Source of the DNA: Vampirovibrionales bacterium
GTDB lineage: Bacteria > Cyanobacteriota > Vampirovibrionia > Vampirovibrionales > JAJTHC01
Reading direction: 5' to 3'
NCBI GenBank assembly: GCA_044348005.1
Contig: JBIKTR010000010.1
Location: 225-64,224 of the forward strand
Length of the DNA stretch: 64,000 bases
Shown: positions 9,101-17,877 of the stretch, in pieces
Layout of the letters: the number at the start of each line of letters is the position of its first letter
Numbering within the stretch: the first letter of the stretch is position 1
Notes under the pieces: model-generated
Databases searched by the model: none
What the model was told of the DNA's origin: nothing
The model's input: only the letters and a program-made list of their open reading frames with translations
Translations under genes and position numbers: made by a program

Positions 9101-10521
9101 CCAATTTGGTGCGTTGTGGAGACACCAACCAATCCATTACCACCACCTTTAGCGCCGCAGAGCCCGCCGTTTTTCGAGAGTTTATTACCCAAGCCGATGC
9201 CCATGTGCGCATGACGCATAGTGGGCGCTGTGCCACCGAAATTATGCACCTTGCCAATCGCTGGATTCAAGAAGCCAGTCAAGCAAAAAGCCCCCTAAAA
9301 GACGCCTTTATGCCTGTTGAAATGCAGGGCCTTAGCGGGGTGAATCCGCCCTTGGCGTACCCCATTAAAGCCCGATCTTTTACGGAAGCGCAAGAAGAAG
9401 ACGCGTTTGTGATTAAAGAGATCTTGGCCGTGCAAGCCAAGTATCCACAAGCCCGTTGTGCGGTGCTATGGCGTTATAATCGAGACGTCCTGCGTTTTTC
9501 GCACCAATTGCTTGAACGTCGCATTGCCACCCTTTCTCTGAGCGAACGTCTCCCGAGTGTGGCCACTTTCAAGCGGGTAGAAGCATGGCTGGGTGTGTTG
9601 CTTTATTCTGAACAAGCAGAAGCGCGTTTAACCTTACTGCACACGTTACGGGGGGTTTCAACCCACCCCCTTCACGCGTTAAGTGAAGAAGCCTTTGTGG
9701 AGTTGAGAGATGTTCTGGCGTCTGTCCCGCTTTTTGCGTTGCCTGTTGAAGAACTCACCACACTGCCGACTGAACTTCAGCAACTGTACTACGACTGGCA
9801 CGATTTTCAACGAGATATTGCCCGAAGAGATTTGCCGTCCTGGATTTTGCGTCTGAGTCAAACGGATACGATGGGGGAAACGCAGGTGTTAGAACGATGT
9901 AACGGGTTTTTATGTGCCTTACATGCCCAACGCATTTTACAACGCTATGGGCTGGGTTTAGAACACAGTGAATCGCAACAATTAAGCCTACTTGCCCCGT
10001 GGCAGAGTTTGTCTCCCTTAGAAGTGGTGTTTCGCTATTTTAAGAGCCTCACCGCCAGCCGTCGCAATTTGCAAGTATTTACCGAAGAATTGTTGAATCC
10101 AACAGTAAAAGCCTCAAGCCCATTAGAAGAACAAACACCCCCCGTGCATGTTATGACCTTGCATAAATCAAAAGGCATGGAGTTTGATTTCGTGTGGATG
10201 CCTGCCTTAACACAAGCCAACTTCCCTGATGAACTGGCACAAATTCGGGTGAAGGATGCCGAAAAAGCCCTCATTGGCATTCAGCGTTTGGCCTTGCAGC
10301 GCCAGCAACCCAACACGCCATTGCGGCCATTGAATGACGCCATTACTGCTTTTCAGCGTCAACATTTGGAAGAAGAAGCGCGCTTGTTGTATGTGGGCTT
10401 TACGCGAGCCATGCAAGGCTTGTTTTTGTCGACTCACACGCAATACCGTAATGCGTTTCACAAACGACAAACCACCAAGCCCACCCACGCGTTTACTTTT
10501 TTAACTTCGACGTTACAGTGA
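6196..10521 (+). CDS. UvrD/Rep-family superfamily-1 helicase with ~700-aa N-terminal extension of unknown function
   Basis: C-terminal half carries Walker A (AVPGAGKTFVS), a DEAQ-type motif II (VIMEDEAQDSS), and motifs V/VI (VMTLHKSKGMEFDFVWMP; LLYVGFTRAMQGLFLS). N-terminal 700 aa has no recognisable motif apart from a degenerate P-loop-like LAGKTLILVNN. Start follows the nadA stop by 2 nt. Confidence 0.75.
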   Translation: MMATLKRLSLIEGNPLELAGFDAVQAVLLQWQESPTLAGKTLILVNNTTQQKALQHALIQGWQNPMNRLPVYTFNGLIRHIVQRLWPYAELKLQQAFKSKQHATCLVPELVGLEESERLFRFLIEQTKAQGHFNDAFEALKLDEASLIRQLIRRQRLRAEQRLTRVQMHTMDHALNIPEHALIHHLEQVFELSALEMRWLDSTKQIDIALALLEEHPEWKEALDVDPELLLWLDADESTPAEQALLRLLAEKSAHVMVSVDPQGGARQGYLNADLEGAKALIESWQAQAEQTEHLLSPPLQEDSPAPLHVGDALCQAFLGLGHERPLTLEPQLVLHPAQRSLIEMWDSACATLNTLPAQDVVLVMPEINALTLAPLTTFLNQQKIPFQVLSGTQRPVDTLQGKLLLLLIQVLHSHEWQLPLSRFEWRTVLSTCLSLQTAEAKTLDAFCDFVTQSAMRRLSEGQTGASTLPREIPEDLLIYEASRQRYASFCQALFNLGQASIEAQLQAIAHQWIYPKLAEGESDSALQLIYRSWQRQLKMLNALSPDSVHTQEGAKQWLWQSKYGQIADTADAPKSLETQALIIATPQKVIDFAVRRPVQIWLDVQSPRWSKSDEAPLYHTAVHSPQGWRRLEAFAESQAPLEERPPLDVITLTEQQRRKRAGHLLRKLAYGASQRIHAFSAELDAEGREQAQQQPLLFQALTQSLLPLLAEPDLDAIATATLRPDQQGVLTYRTGTLAISAVPGAGKTFVSVELILHLIKRGTPPDSILVLTYMESAARTLLGRLKPKLAGAGIHQLPTVCTIHALAFKILGDASHARRLGLDVEHFRMVDETEQDALQKQAALDVYPLASAESDLTLEAWQRIVSQAINHAKSLELSWADLIEDAKTLKNTRLEAMGLAMKGYQQLLQARNALDFTDLIVYAVQLLEAHDDVRTHFQQQFRVIMEDEAQDSSRLLQRFLNLLGGPTPNLVRCGDTNQSITTTFSAAEPAVFREFITQADAHVRMTHSGRCATEIMHLANRWIQEASQAKSPLKDAFMPVEMQGLSGVNPPLAYPIKARSFTEAQEEDAFVIKEILAVQAKYPQARCAVLWRYNRDVLRFSHQLLERRIATLSLSERLPSVATFKRVEAWLGVLLYSEQAEARLTLLHTLRGVSTHPLHALSEEAFVELRDVLASVPLFALPVEELTTLPTELQQLYYDWHDFQRDIARRDLPSWILRLSQTDTMGETQVLERCNGFLCALHAQRILQRYGLGLEHSESQQLSLLAPWQSLSPLEVVFRYFKSLTASRRNLQVFTEELLNPTVKASSPLEEQTPPVHVMTLHKSKGMEFDFVWMPALTQANFPDELAQIRVKDAEKALIGIQRLALQRQQPNTPLRPLNDAITAFQRQHLEEEARLLYVGFTRAMQGLFLSTHTQYRNAFHKRQTTKPTHAFTFLTSTLQ

Positions 10522-11841
10522 CTTCTGTGGGCTTAAACGACCGTTTACAATCATGGCTTGCACAGAAGGTACCTGCGCGGGATTTAAAATGGCTTCAAGC
10601 ACCGCTTCTGCCGTGTGAAAGTTCCCTTCAGGGAGTTGCCACACACTGGCGTGCGCCAACTTGCCTACTTCTAAGCTCCCTAAATCTGCCCCTAGCCCAA
10701 GGGCCTTACAGGCCTTAAGCGTCAATAGTTCTAAGCCTTCAAAAGCCGACATTTCAATCCCGTGATGCGTCATATACGCCAGGCGTTCGTCCCGAATGTT
10801 CAGGGTGGGGCAGCTCATGGCACTGTCTGTCCCCAGAATCACGGGCATATCGCTTTCATAGGGTACATCCGTATACATGGTGCACCCATGTAAAAACAGG
10901 TTAGAACGTGGGCAAGTGACCAACACACTATGCGGATGCCCCTTATAAAAGGCCTGCACTTGTTTGGGCGTTAATAAACTGCCATGGGCAATAATTGCCA
11001 AGGGCGTGGGAACAGCATCTTGAGGGTTCCAAAGCTCAGGCTGCACGTAATCGACAAAGGCATCGCGGGGGACAAAGGTTTGTTGGACGGTTGAAAGATG
11101 CAAGTCGTCAATACCAGTGAGGTCTTTCCCTGAAAAATAATCCAGTTCGGCTTGAAATTCGGCCAAGTGGCTATGAATCACGCGAGGCGTTAAGTCCTGA
11201 TGAATACGCTGCCAGGCTTTTTTACTCACGTTATAAGGACTATGCGGAGAAATACCCGCTAATAACGTGCTGGGTTCTCCCATTTCATGCCAAAAGCGTT
11301 GATACCGCTTCCAACGTTCGTAAAAGGCCAGTAACTTGGGGTGCAACGGCGAACGATCTTCGTCCCACGGGGCGGGGTGAAAGTATTCAAGGGCAACGGT
11401 GCCTTGCACGCCTGCTTCGGCCAGTTGTACCAAGGTTTCAGGCGATTGTGTAATATCATTTACAATACCTGTGCCTGTTTTAAACAGGTAAGCAAGCGAC
11501 GCCTTCACACGATCGGCCACATCTTCTGCGGTGTCTTCATCACGAGCGTCATTCACCCGTTGCAACCACGTGACGATGCTTTCACCTTCGCGAATTTCAA
11601 TAGGGGCTTCTGTCCACAAGTCCAAATGCGTGTGCGCATTGACAAAGGCAGGCGTCATGGCCAGACGTGAAGCCACACGAAAGGCATCACTTTCATGGGG
11701 ATGTTCATGCACCACCGTTGTTTTAAGTAAACGCCCAGAACAGGAATCCCACTGAACTTCACACCATTCTAAGCACGTGGGTTCACTGCCCTTGGCTTGA
11801 CCTGTAAATACGTATCGCAACAGAAGAGACGCTAAGGCCAT
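10513..11841 (-). CDS. metal-dependent amidohydrolase superfamily protein (nucleobase/nucleoside deaminase-like)
   Basis: N-terminal HxH metal-binding motif (AFVNAHTHLDLW) and ~440-aa amidohydrolase-like length. Start moved to internal Met (MALASLL...) with AAGGA SD; the longer track ORF would overlap the upstream gene by 82 nt. Confidence 0.6.
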   Translation of the reverse strand: MALASLLLRYVFTGQAKGSEPTCLEWCEVQWDSCSGRLLKTTVVHEHPHESDAFRVASRLAMTPAFVNAHTHLDLWTEAPIEIREGESIVTWLQRVNDARDEDTAEDVADRVKASLAYLFKTGTGIVNDITQSPETLVQLAEAGVQGTVALEYFHPAPWDEDRSPLHPKLLAFYERWKRYQRFWHEMGEPSTLLAGISPHSPYNVSKKAWQRIHQDLTPRVIHSHLAEFQAELDYFSGKDLTGIDDLHLSTVQQTFVPRDAFVDYVQPELWNPQDAVPTPLAIIAHGSLLTPKQVQAFYKGHPHSVLVTCPRSNLFLHGCTMYTDVPYESDMPVILGTDSAMSCPTLNIRDERLAYMTHHGIEMSAFEGLELLTLKACKALGLGADLGSLEVGKLAHASVWQLPEGNFHTAEAVLEAILNPAQVPSVQAMIVNGRLSPQKSL

Positions 11842-11867
11842 GACACTTTTTTCCTTCTTGAACGTGT

Positions 11868-12359
11868 TTATTCGTCGTTGTCTGTGTCGGTGTCCACATC
11901 GGTTTTTTGCACAGAGTTCAGCACCGTAATGTTGGACGCTTCTACCCACGCATCGCCCAGCGCATCAGAAATCACCGTGCCCGTGATTTTGATCGTATCG
12001 CCTTGGCCAATACGCTTAAAGTCTTTGAGCAATTTTCGGTTGACAAAAATTTTCAGTTCACTCAAGGGAATTTCGTAGGTGGGAGGAATATCCGCACGAA
12101 AAACAAGGATGGTGACATAATCTTTCACGTCTCGCTTTACGGCGGGGTAGTCCAGCCCTAGGCCACTAAAGCCCGCGAGGGTTCCCGTAAACTCCACCGA
12201 TTTTTTCAGGTAAATGGTAGGTTCTTTCACCAGTTGTGTGGAAGTCACCGCAAGGGGTTTGGCCACATTTGGGCTAACAGGCGTTACCCCCATCGCAAAG
12301 CCCACGGTGCCAAGTAGGGTAATAAAGGTGAGTGAAAGCGACAGGCTCAATTTTTTCAT
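11868..12359 (-). CDS. secreted OB-fold (BOF/YgiW-like) protein
   Basis: Signal peptide MKKLSLSLSLTFITLLGTVGFA. ~130-aa mature domain with a ...ITGTVISD...WVEASNITVL pattern resembling bacterial OB-fold periplasmic proteins. Weak call. Confidence 0.35.
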   Translation of the reverse strand: MKKLSLSLSLTFITLLGTVGFAMGVTPVSPNVAKPLAVTSTQLVKEPTIYLKKSVEFTGTLAGFSGLGLDYPAVKRDVKDYVTILVFRADIPPTYEIPLSELKIFVNRKLLKDFKRIGQGDTIKITGTVISDALGDAWVEASNITVLNSVQKTDVDTDTDNDE

Positions 12360-12768
12360 GGGGATTCCTCTTTAAGGTAAAACAAGAATGATTTTACCAG
12401 TATACCTTATTTCTAAGATTTTGTCTTGCCTGAAGGAGAGTTGTTTGGCAAAGTTAGAAATTGCCTTTTTGAAACAGTTTGTTACAAAATAGCATCATAA
12501 TTCTTAAGAAATACTTAATGCTTATGTAAGGTGCAAGAAACAATCACAAGCCCTTCACCCACGGTAAACCCACCGACCAAACAAACCACACACAACCACC
12601 CTAGCTATTCCCCCTCCTTTTTCGTCTAACCCAATTTTTACACAGGGGGAATACATAGGTATGAGCGATATTGACTTGAAGTCTATCGCTCTTTTTCTTT
12701 TTTGGCGTACAACTCTATTTGTCATATACTAAAGGGATACCCTTCATCTTAAACGAAAGTCCCTTGCT

Positions 12769-13944
12769 ATGACGGAAACCCTCGCCCCTGATACCCTGCC
12801 TGTTCTCGCTGAATCCCGCGTCAATGAGGCCTTTTCCTTCACCTTGCACGCCACGCAAGGCCACGCCCGAGCAGGCACCTTCACCACCCCCCATGGTGTC
12901 ATCAATACCCCTGTTTTTATGCCTGTGGGTACCAATTCCACGATTAAATCCGTCACCTGGCAAAACGTTCATGATCTTGAAGCGGAGATCGTGCTAGCCA
13001 ATGCGTATCACCTCTACTTGCGACCAGGGCATGAACTGGTGGCAAAAGCAGGTGGCTTACACGGGTGGAGCAACTGGAAAAAGCCCATTCTCACCGATTC
13101 AGGAGGCTTTCAAGTCTTTTCGTTGGCGAAGTTCCGAAAAATCACCGAAGAAGGCGTGCATTTTCGGGATCCGCTAACAGGTAACAAGCACTTCATTGGC
13201 CCCGAAGAAAGCATGGCCATTCAAAACGCGCTGGGGGCGGATGTTATTATGGCGTACGACGAATGCCCCCCCTACCCCATTGAACATCACACCGCCTTGC
13301 GTTCGCTTGAACGCACGCATCGCTGGCTCGAACGATGCTGGGCGTCTCACAAACGGCATCACGATCAAGCGCTTTTCCCCATTGTGCAAGGCGGCACCTT
13401 TGAAGATTTACGCATTAAGCACGCGGGCATGGTGCAGGACTTTGACGCTGTGGGTTACGCCATTGGAGGCGTCAGCGTGGGCGAGCCTCGCCCCTTGATT
13501 GAGGCGATTACGGCGTATACCGCGCCGTTATTGCCAGCAAACAAGCCCCGTTATTTGATGGGGGTTGGCACGATCCGTGACTTGTTGAAAGGCATCCGTA
13601 GTGGGGTGGATATGTTTGATTGTGTGTTGCCGACTCGTAACGCACGGCATGGCACGTTTTTTACCCCTTCAGGCAATAAGCATATTAAAAATGCCGAATT
13701 TGCCGAAGATTTCGGCCCCTTGGTCGAAGGATGCGAGTGCTATACCTGCCAAAACCATAGCCGTGCATACGTCAAACACCTCATGCGTCAGTGGGAAGAT
13801 ACGGGCAAAACGCTGTTGAGTATTCACAACATTCATACCTTGGTACAACTGGCCAAAACAACCCGTCAACACATTTTAGCCGGCACCTTTGACGACTTTT
13901 ATGAAAGCACCCTTGAACAGCTCGGCGGTAAAGTCGGCGGATAG
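12769..13944 (+). CDS. tgt: queuine tRNA-ribosyltransferase
   Basis: ILTDSGGFQVFSL catalytic motif. Zn-binding CxCxxC...H region (CECYTCQNH). 391 aa. Confidence 0.85.
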   Translation: MTETLAPDTLPVLAESRVNEAFSFTLHATQGHARAGTFTTPHGVINTPVFMPVGTNSTIKSVTWQNVHDLEAEIVLANAYHLYLRPGHELVAKAGGLHGWSNWKKPILTDSGGFQVFSLAKFRKITEEGVHFRDPLTGNKHFIGPEESMAIQNALGADVIMAYDECPPYPIEHHTALRSLERTHRWLERCWASHKRHHDQALFPIVQGGTFEDLRIKHAGMVQDFDAVGYAIGGVSVGEPRPLIEAITAYTAPLLPANKPRYLMGVGTIRDLLKGIRSGVDMFDCVLPTRNARHGTFFTPSGNKHIKNAEFAEDFGPLVEGCECYTCQNHSRAYVKHLMRQWEDTGKTLLSIHNIHTLVQLAKTTRQHILAGTFDDFYESTLEQLGGKVGG

Positions 13945-14054
13945 TCCATTTAACGTGTTTTGAGAACAAGGGCTTGATTTATTTTGTTTTTTTGATTTAA
14001 TAGTCAAAGAAGCTTATACGTATTCACCTAGTGTGAAAAGGTATTTGAGAGATT

Positions 14055-14130
14055 GCGGGTGTAACTCAGTTGGTAGAGTATCTGCCTTCCAAGCAGACTG
14101 TCGCGCGTTCGAGTCGCGTCGCCCGCTCCA
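14055..14130 (+). tRNA. tRNA-Gly (anticodon UCC)
   Basis: Cloverleaf readable by eye: acceptor GCGGGTG/CGCCCGC. Anticodon stem TCTGC/GCAGA with loop CTTCCAA. T-arm GTTCGAGTC. 3' CCA encoded. Confidence 0.85.
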
Positions 14131-14171
14131 TTTTTTAGTTTTCTCATGCACTATGTTCGTAAAGGGGTTTC

Positions 14172-15122
14172 ATGTCTACCACTGTTCCACCCGCTTTTGA
14201 TGAAAACCTCCTGTTGGATCTTCCTTCGCCGTTTAAACGAGTCACCATTATTGGGGCAGGGCTTATTGGCGGTTCGTTTGCGTGGTTAATGAGAGAACGC
14301 TTTGGCCTTGAACAACTGCACATTACCTTAGTTGATCAAGACGAAAAAAGATTGCAACTGGCTTTACGTAAAGGCATCGCGAATGTGGCGCAACCACAGT
14401 TGCCCAAAACCTTTGAAGGTTCGCATTTGGTGGTGTTGGCCACGCACTTGGATTCTAATGAAGTGTACTTGCCTGAAGTGGCTAAGCGAATCCACTGCGC
14501 GGATGTGTTGGTTACGGATGTAGGCAGTGTAAAACGCGGGATTGTGGAACGGGGCTTTGAGTTATTGCCCAACGCCTTTATTGGGGGGCATCCCATGGCG
14601 GGCCGTGAAAAGCAGGGGCTTGAAAATGCGACTTCTCTGTTGTTTTTTCAGAAGCGTTTTTTGCTCACTCCACACCCTGAATTTAAAGAAACCCGCTTAT
14701 TGAATCAGTTCAAGGCTTTTTTAGAACTCATCGGTATGGTGCCTGTCGTCCTAGATGCCCCGCATCACGATGAAGCCATGGCGTATGTGAGTCATTTGCC
14801 CCAACTTTATGCCGTGTTACTCACCAATTTGATTGCTCAACATAAACCGGGGCATTTACTGGGCTTTCACGGGGGGGGGATTGACGATCAACTGCGTTTG
14901 GCGGCGAGTCCCGTTGAGATGTGGGGGCCTGTGTATGAACGTAATGCGGATCAGATGGAAATCGTGCTCGATGAAATGATTCGGCTCTTGCAAGAGATGC
15001 GCGCTGGTTTAAAAAACCCTGATGCCATGCAACAGTGGTTTGAAACATCCAACACCATTCACACGGCTTACCAGCAATTAAAACAACAACAGCTTCACCC
15101 CATAAAAAATACGATTATCTAA
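14172..15122 (+). CDS. tyrA: prephenate/arogenate dehydrogenase family protein
   Basis: N-terminal Rossmann motif VTIIGAGLIGGSFA. ~316 aa. Convergent with topA, with a 4-nt overlap. Confidence 0.6.
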   Translation: MSTTVPPAFDENLLLDLPSPFKRVTIIGAGLIGGSFAWLMRERFGLEQLHITLVDQDEKRLQLALRKGIANVAQPQLPKTFEGSHLVVLATHLDSNEVYLPEVAKRIHCADVLVTDVGSVKRGIVERGFELLPNAFIGGHPMAGREKQGLENATSLLFFQKRFLLTPHPEFKETRLLNQFKAFLELIGMVPVVLDAPHHDEAMAYVSHLPQLYAVLLTNLIAQHKPGHLLGFHGGGIDDQLRLAASPVEMWGPVYERNADQMEIVLDEMIRLLQEMRAGLKNPDAMQQWFETSNTIHTAYQQLKQQQLHPIKNTII

Positions 15123-17707
15123 GCTTTTTGTGAACGAGGGGGGCGCGACTTTGAAGTCGTTTTCTTTGCCGTGCCTTTGGCGGGACGTTTGGTTGCACTG
15201 GTTGCTGGGGTTTTCGCTTCAATTAAGGCAATGGCTTGTTCTAAAGTCACGCTTTGCGCTTCAGTGCCTTTGGGCAAGGCGTATTTTTGACGATTATGGC
15301 TGAGGTAGTACCCGTAGCGTCCTTTATTTATGGTAATGGATTTTTTCTTATATTCACCTAAATCGAGCGCTTTTTTTCCACTTTTTTCGTAAAAGGCAAC
15401 CGCTTCTTCTAAGGTAATTTCGTACACATTATACGGTTCTTTCAAGGAAACAAAGGTGGGGCCCACTTGCAAGTAAGGGCCAAAGCGTCCGTTATTGCTA
15501 ATAACGTTTAAACCTTCGGCAGTAGTGCCAATGCTTCGGGGCAAACTAAGTAAGCGCAGGGCCACTTCTAAGTCAAGACTTTCAGGTTTCATGCCTGCTT
15601 CTAAACTCGAACGACGTGGCTTGATTTTTTTCGGTTTTTTGGCCCGGCTATTGGCGGGTGGGGGGACTTCTTCTTCTTCACCGAGTTGCACATAATAGCC
15701 ATAAGGCCCTTTTTGAAGGGTAATCTCTTTGCCCGTTGCAGGATCCTGCCCAAGCACTTTACTTTCAAAGACTTCAGCCCCTTCACCGTCGCCTTTGGCA
15801 TCGCTCACCGCTTCAGCCAAGGGTTTATTATACTTACAAGTAGGGTATTGGGAACAACCCAAGAAAGCGCCAAACTTGCCTAGTTTCAACCCCATACGCC
15901 CTTCGCCACACTTGGGGCATTTGCGAGCGTCTTCTTCGCTTTGCCCTTCTTGCAGGGGAAAGAAGTGGTGGGACAACGTAGCATCCAACGTGTTGATCAC
16001 TTCAGTGATGCTTAAGTCTTTCATCGCCTCCACAGTGGCTAAAAAGGGTTCCCAAAACTCTTGTAAAAGCTTTAAATACTCCACTTCTCCAGACGTAACA
16101 TCATCCAAGAGATCTTCTAAAGACGCGGTAAAATCATATTCCACATATTTAGCAAAATAGGTGGTTAAAAACGTGGTAACAAGGCGTCCGCGATCTTCTG
16201 GAATAAAGCGCCGTTGTTCGAGTTTAACATAATTACGTTCTTGCAACACACGAATAATACTGGCGTAGGTGGAAGGTCGGCCAATGCCGAGTTCTTCCAT
16301 GGCTTTTACTAGGCTTGCTTCACTAAAGCGAGGGGGGGCTTTGGTGAAGTGCTGTTCGCGTTCCGCACGGTTTAGGGCAATGGCCTGGCCCAAGCTGAGT
16401 TTAGGCAGGCGTTGATTATGTTCATCATCCGAATCATCGATCCCTTCTTGGTAAACGGCCAAAAAGCCGTCAAACAATAGGAATGAGCCTGTGGCCTTAA
16501 GCGTGGCGGTTTTTTCAACATTTTCAATCAACACGGTTGACGCTTCTAACTGAGCACTGGCCATTTGACACGCCACCGTCCGCTTCCAAATTAAGTCGTA
16601 CAAGCGGCGTTGATCGTCTGTCAGCGTAATGGGTAGAATCGAAGGGACGGTGTCTACATTGGTCGGGCGAATGGCTTCGTGGGCTTCTTGAGAGTTTTTG
16701 GACTTTGATTTATAGACTCTGGCTTGTTCAGGCAGGTAGTTTTTGCCACGGGTTTTTAGAATGTGGTTGCGGATGCTGGCTAACGCTTCGGCAGAAAGGG
16801 TGACGCCATCCGTACGCATATAGGTAATGAGCCCCTGTTCATAAAGCTTTTGCGCCGTTTGCATGGTGCGTGTGACCCCAAAACCCAGTTTGCGAGACGC
16901 TTCTTGCTGTAGGGTGGACGTTATAAATGGCGGAGCAGGGTGCCGTTGAACGGTTTTACTTTCAATGCTCGCCACCACAAAGCCTTGACTCTGTTCAAGC
17001 GTGCGTTGGGCGTCTTCAGCCGTTTGAGCCGTTTGAATAGAGAGTTTTTCAAGCTTTTTGCCATGCCACTTAAACAAGTGGGCTTTTAGTTCAGGGGTGG
17101 CGTTGAAAAAGCCTCGAACGGACCAGTATTCTTGGGCCACAAAGCGTTCGATTTCCATTTCACGTTCGCAAATCAATCGTAGGGCCACACTCTGAACGCG
17201 TCCCGCGGAACGAGATCCGGGTAATTTTCGCCACAACACGGGCGAAAGGGTAAAGCCCACCAAGTAATCCAACGCGCGGCGCGCCAAGTACGCCTGCACC
17301 AAGGGTTCATCAATTTGACGAGGGTGTTTCATGGCGTCTAAAATAGCATTTTTGGTAATTTCGTTAAACACCACACGTTGCACAGGTTTGCCTGATCTAA
17401 AAATGCCTTTTTCAGCCAGTACCTGAAAAATATGCCATGAAATGGCTTCCCCTTCGCGGTCAGGGTCAGTGGCAAGAATAATGCTTTCAGCGGTTTTGGC
17501 GCGTTTGCTTAAATCGCTTACCACGGCCTTTGCACGAGGCGACAGCTCCCATTCCATTTGAAACTGGTTACTGGGATCTACGGATCCGTTTTTGGCAGGG
17601 AGATCTCGAATATGCCCAACAGAAGCCACCACATCGTAGTCTTTGCCGAGGTATTTGTTAATCGTTGTGGCTTTTGCAGGGGATTCTACAATGACGAGAT
17701 GAGGCAT
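15119..17707 (-). CDS. topA: DNA topoisomerase I
   Basis: Toprim start MPHLVIVESPAKATTINKYLG. Topo IA core and C-terminal Zn-ribbon region (CPKCGEG...CSQYPTC). Lys-rich tail. Start set at internal Met with AGGAAA SD; track ORF extends 18 codons further upstream. Confidence 0.9.
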   Translation of the reverse strand: MPHLVIVESPAKATTINKYLGKDYDVVASVGHIRDLPAKNGSVDPSNQFQMEWELSPRAKAVVSDLSKRAKTAESIILATDPDREGEAISWHIFQVLAEKGIFRSGKPVQRVVFNEITKNAILDAMKHPRQIDEPLVQAYLARRALDYLVGFTLSPVLWRKLPGSRSAGRVQSVALRLICEREMEIERFVAQEYWSVRGFFNATPELKAHLFKWHGKKLEKLSIQTAQTAEDAQRTLEQSQGFVVASIESKTVQRHPAPPFITSTLQQEASRKLGFGVTRTMQTAQKLYEQGLITYMRTDGVTLSAEALASIRNHILKTRGKNYLPEQARVYKSKSKNSQEAHEAIRPTNVDTVPSILPITLTDDQRRLYDLIWKRTVACQMASAQLEASTVLIENVEKTATLKATGSFLLFDGFLAVYQEGIDDSDDEHNQRLPKLSLGQAIALNRAEREQHFTKAPPRFSEASLVKAMEELGIGRPSTYASIIRVLQERNYVKLEQRRFIPEDRGRLVTTFLTTYFAKYVEYDFTASLEDLLDDVTSGEVEYLKLLQEFWEPFLATVEAMKDLSITEVINTLDATLSHHFFPLQEGQSEEDARKCPKCGEGRMGLKLGKFGAFLGCSQYPTCKYNKPLAEAVSDAKGDGEGAEVFESKVLGQDPATGKEITLQKGPYGYYVQLGEEEEVPPPANSRAKKPKKIKPRRSSLEAGMKPESLDLEVALRLLSLPRSIGTTAEGLNVISNNGRFGPYLQVGPTFVSLKEPYNVYEITLEEAVAFYEKSGKKALDLGEYKKKSITINKGRYGYYLSHNRQKYALPKGTEAQSVTLEQAIALIEAKTPATSATKRPAKGTAKKTTSKSRPPRSQKA

Positions 17708-17877
17708 AACGTTTCCTGCGGGGGTTAAAATTCTTATCACTAAGAATTTACAATAATGCAAGCGATGTAAAAGTCAAGCCATTCATCAGTAAAAGCTTGC
17801 AAAATCATTTAAACTATAGAAAGCTCTGCGAAAGTCCCCGCGATGAAGAGCCAACCCGATTCTTAAGGAAACTTTCT

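Noticed and set aside
12360-12768. 409-bp C/A-rich leader upstream of tgt as a possible riboswitch (e.g. preQ1)
   Set aside because: PreQ1 riboswitches normally control queuosine biosynthesis or transport genes, not tgt. No recognisable aptamer stem-loop pattern was found by eye, so it is left as an unexplained long 5' region.
15119-17761. Longer track starts for topA (17761), exbB (58851), exbD (57776), flgC (59475), purQ (19549), the ABC ATPase (23297) and the amidohydrolase (11949)
   Set aside because: Internal Met codons preceded by good Shine-Dalgarno sequences give N-termini matching family consensus and remove overlaps with upstream genes. The longer forms add non-conserved leader peptides.
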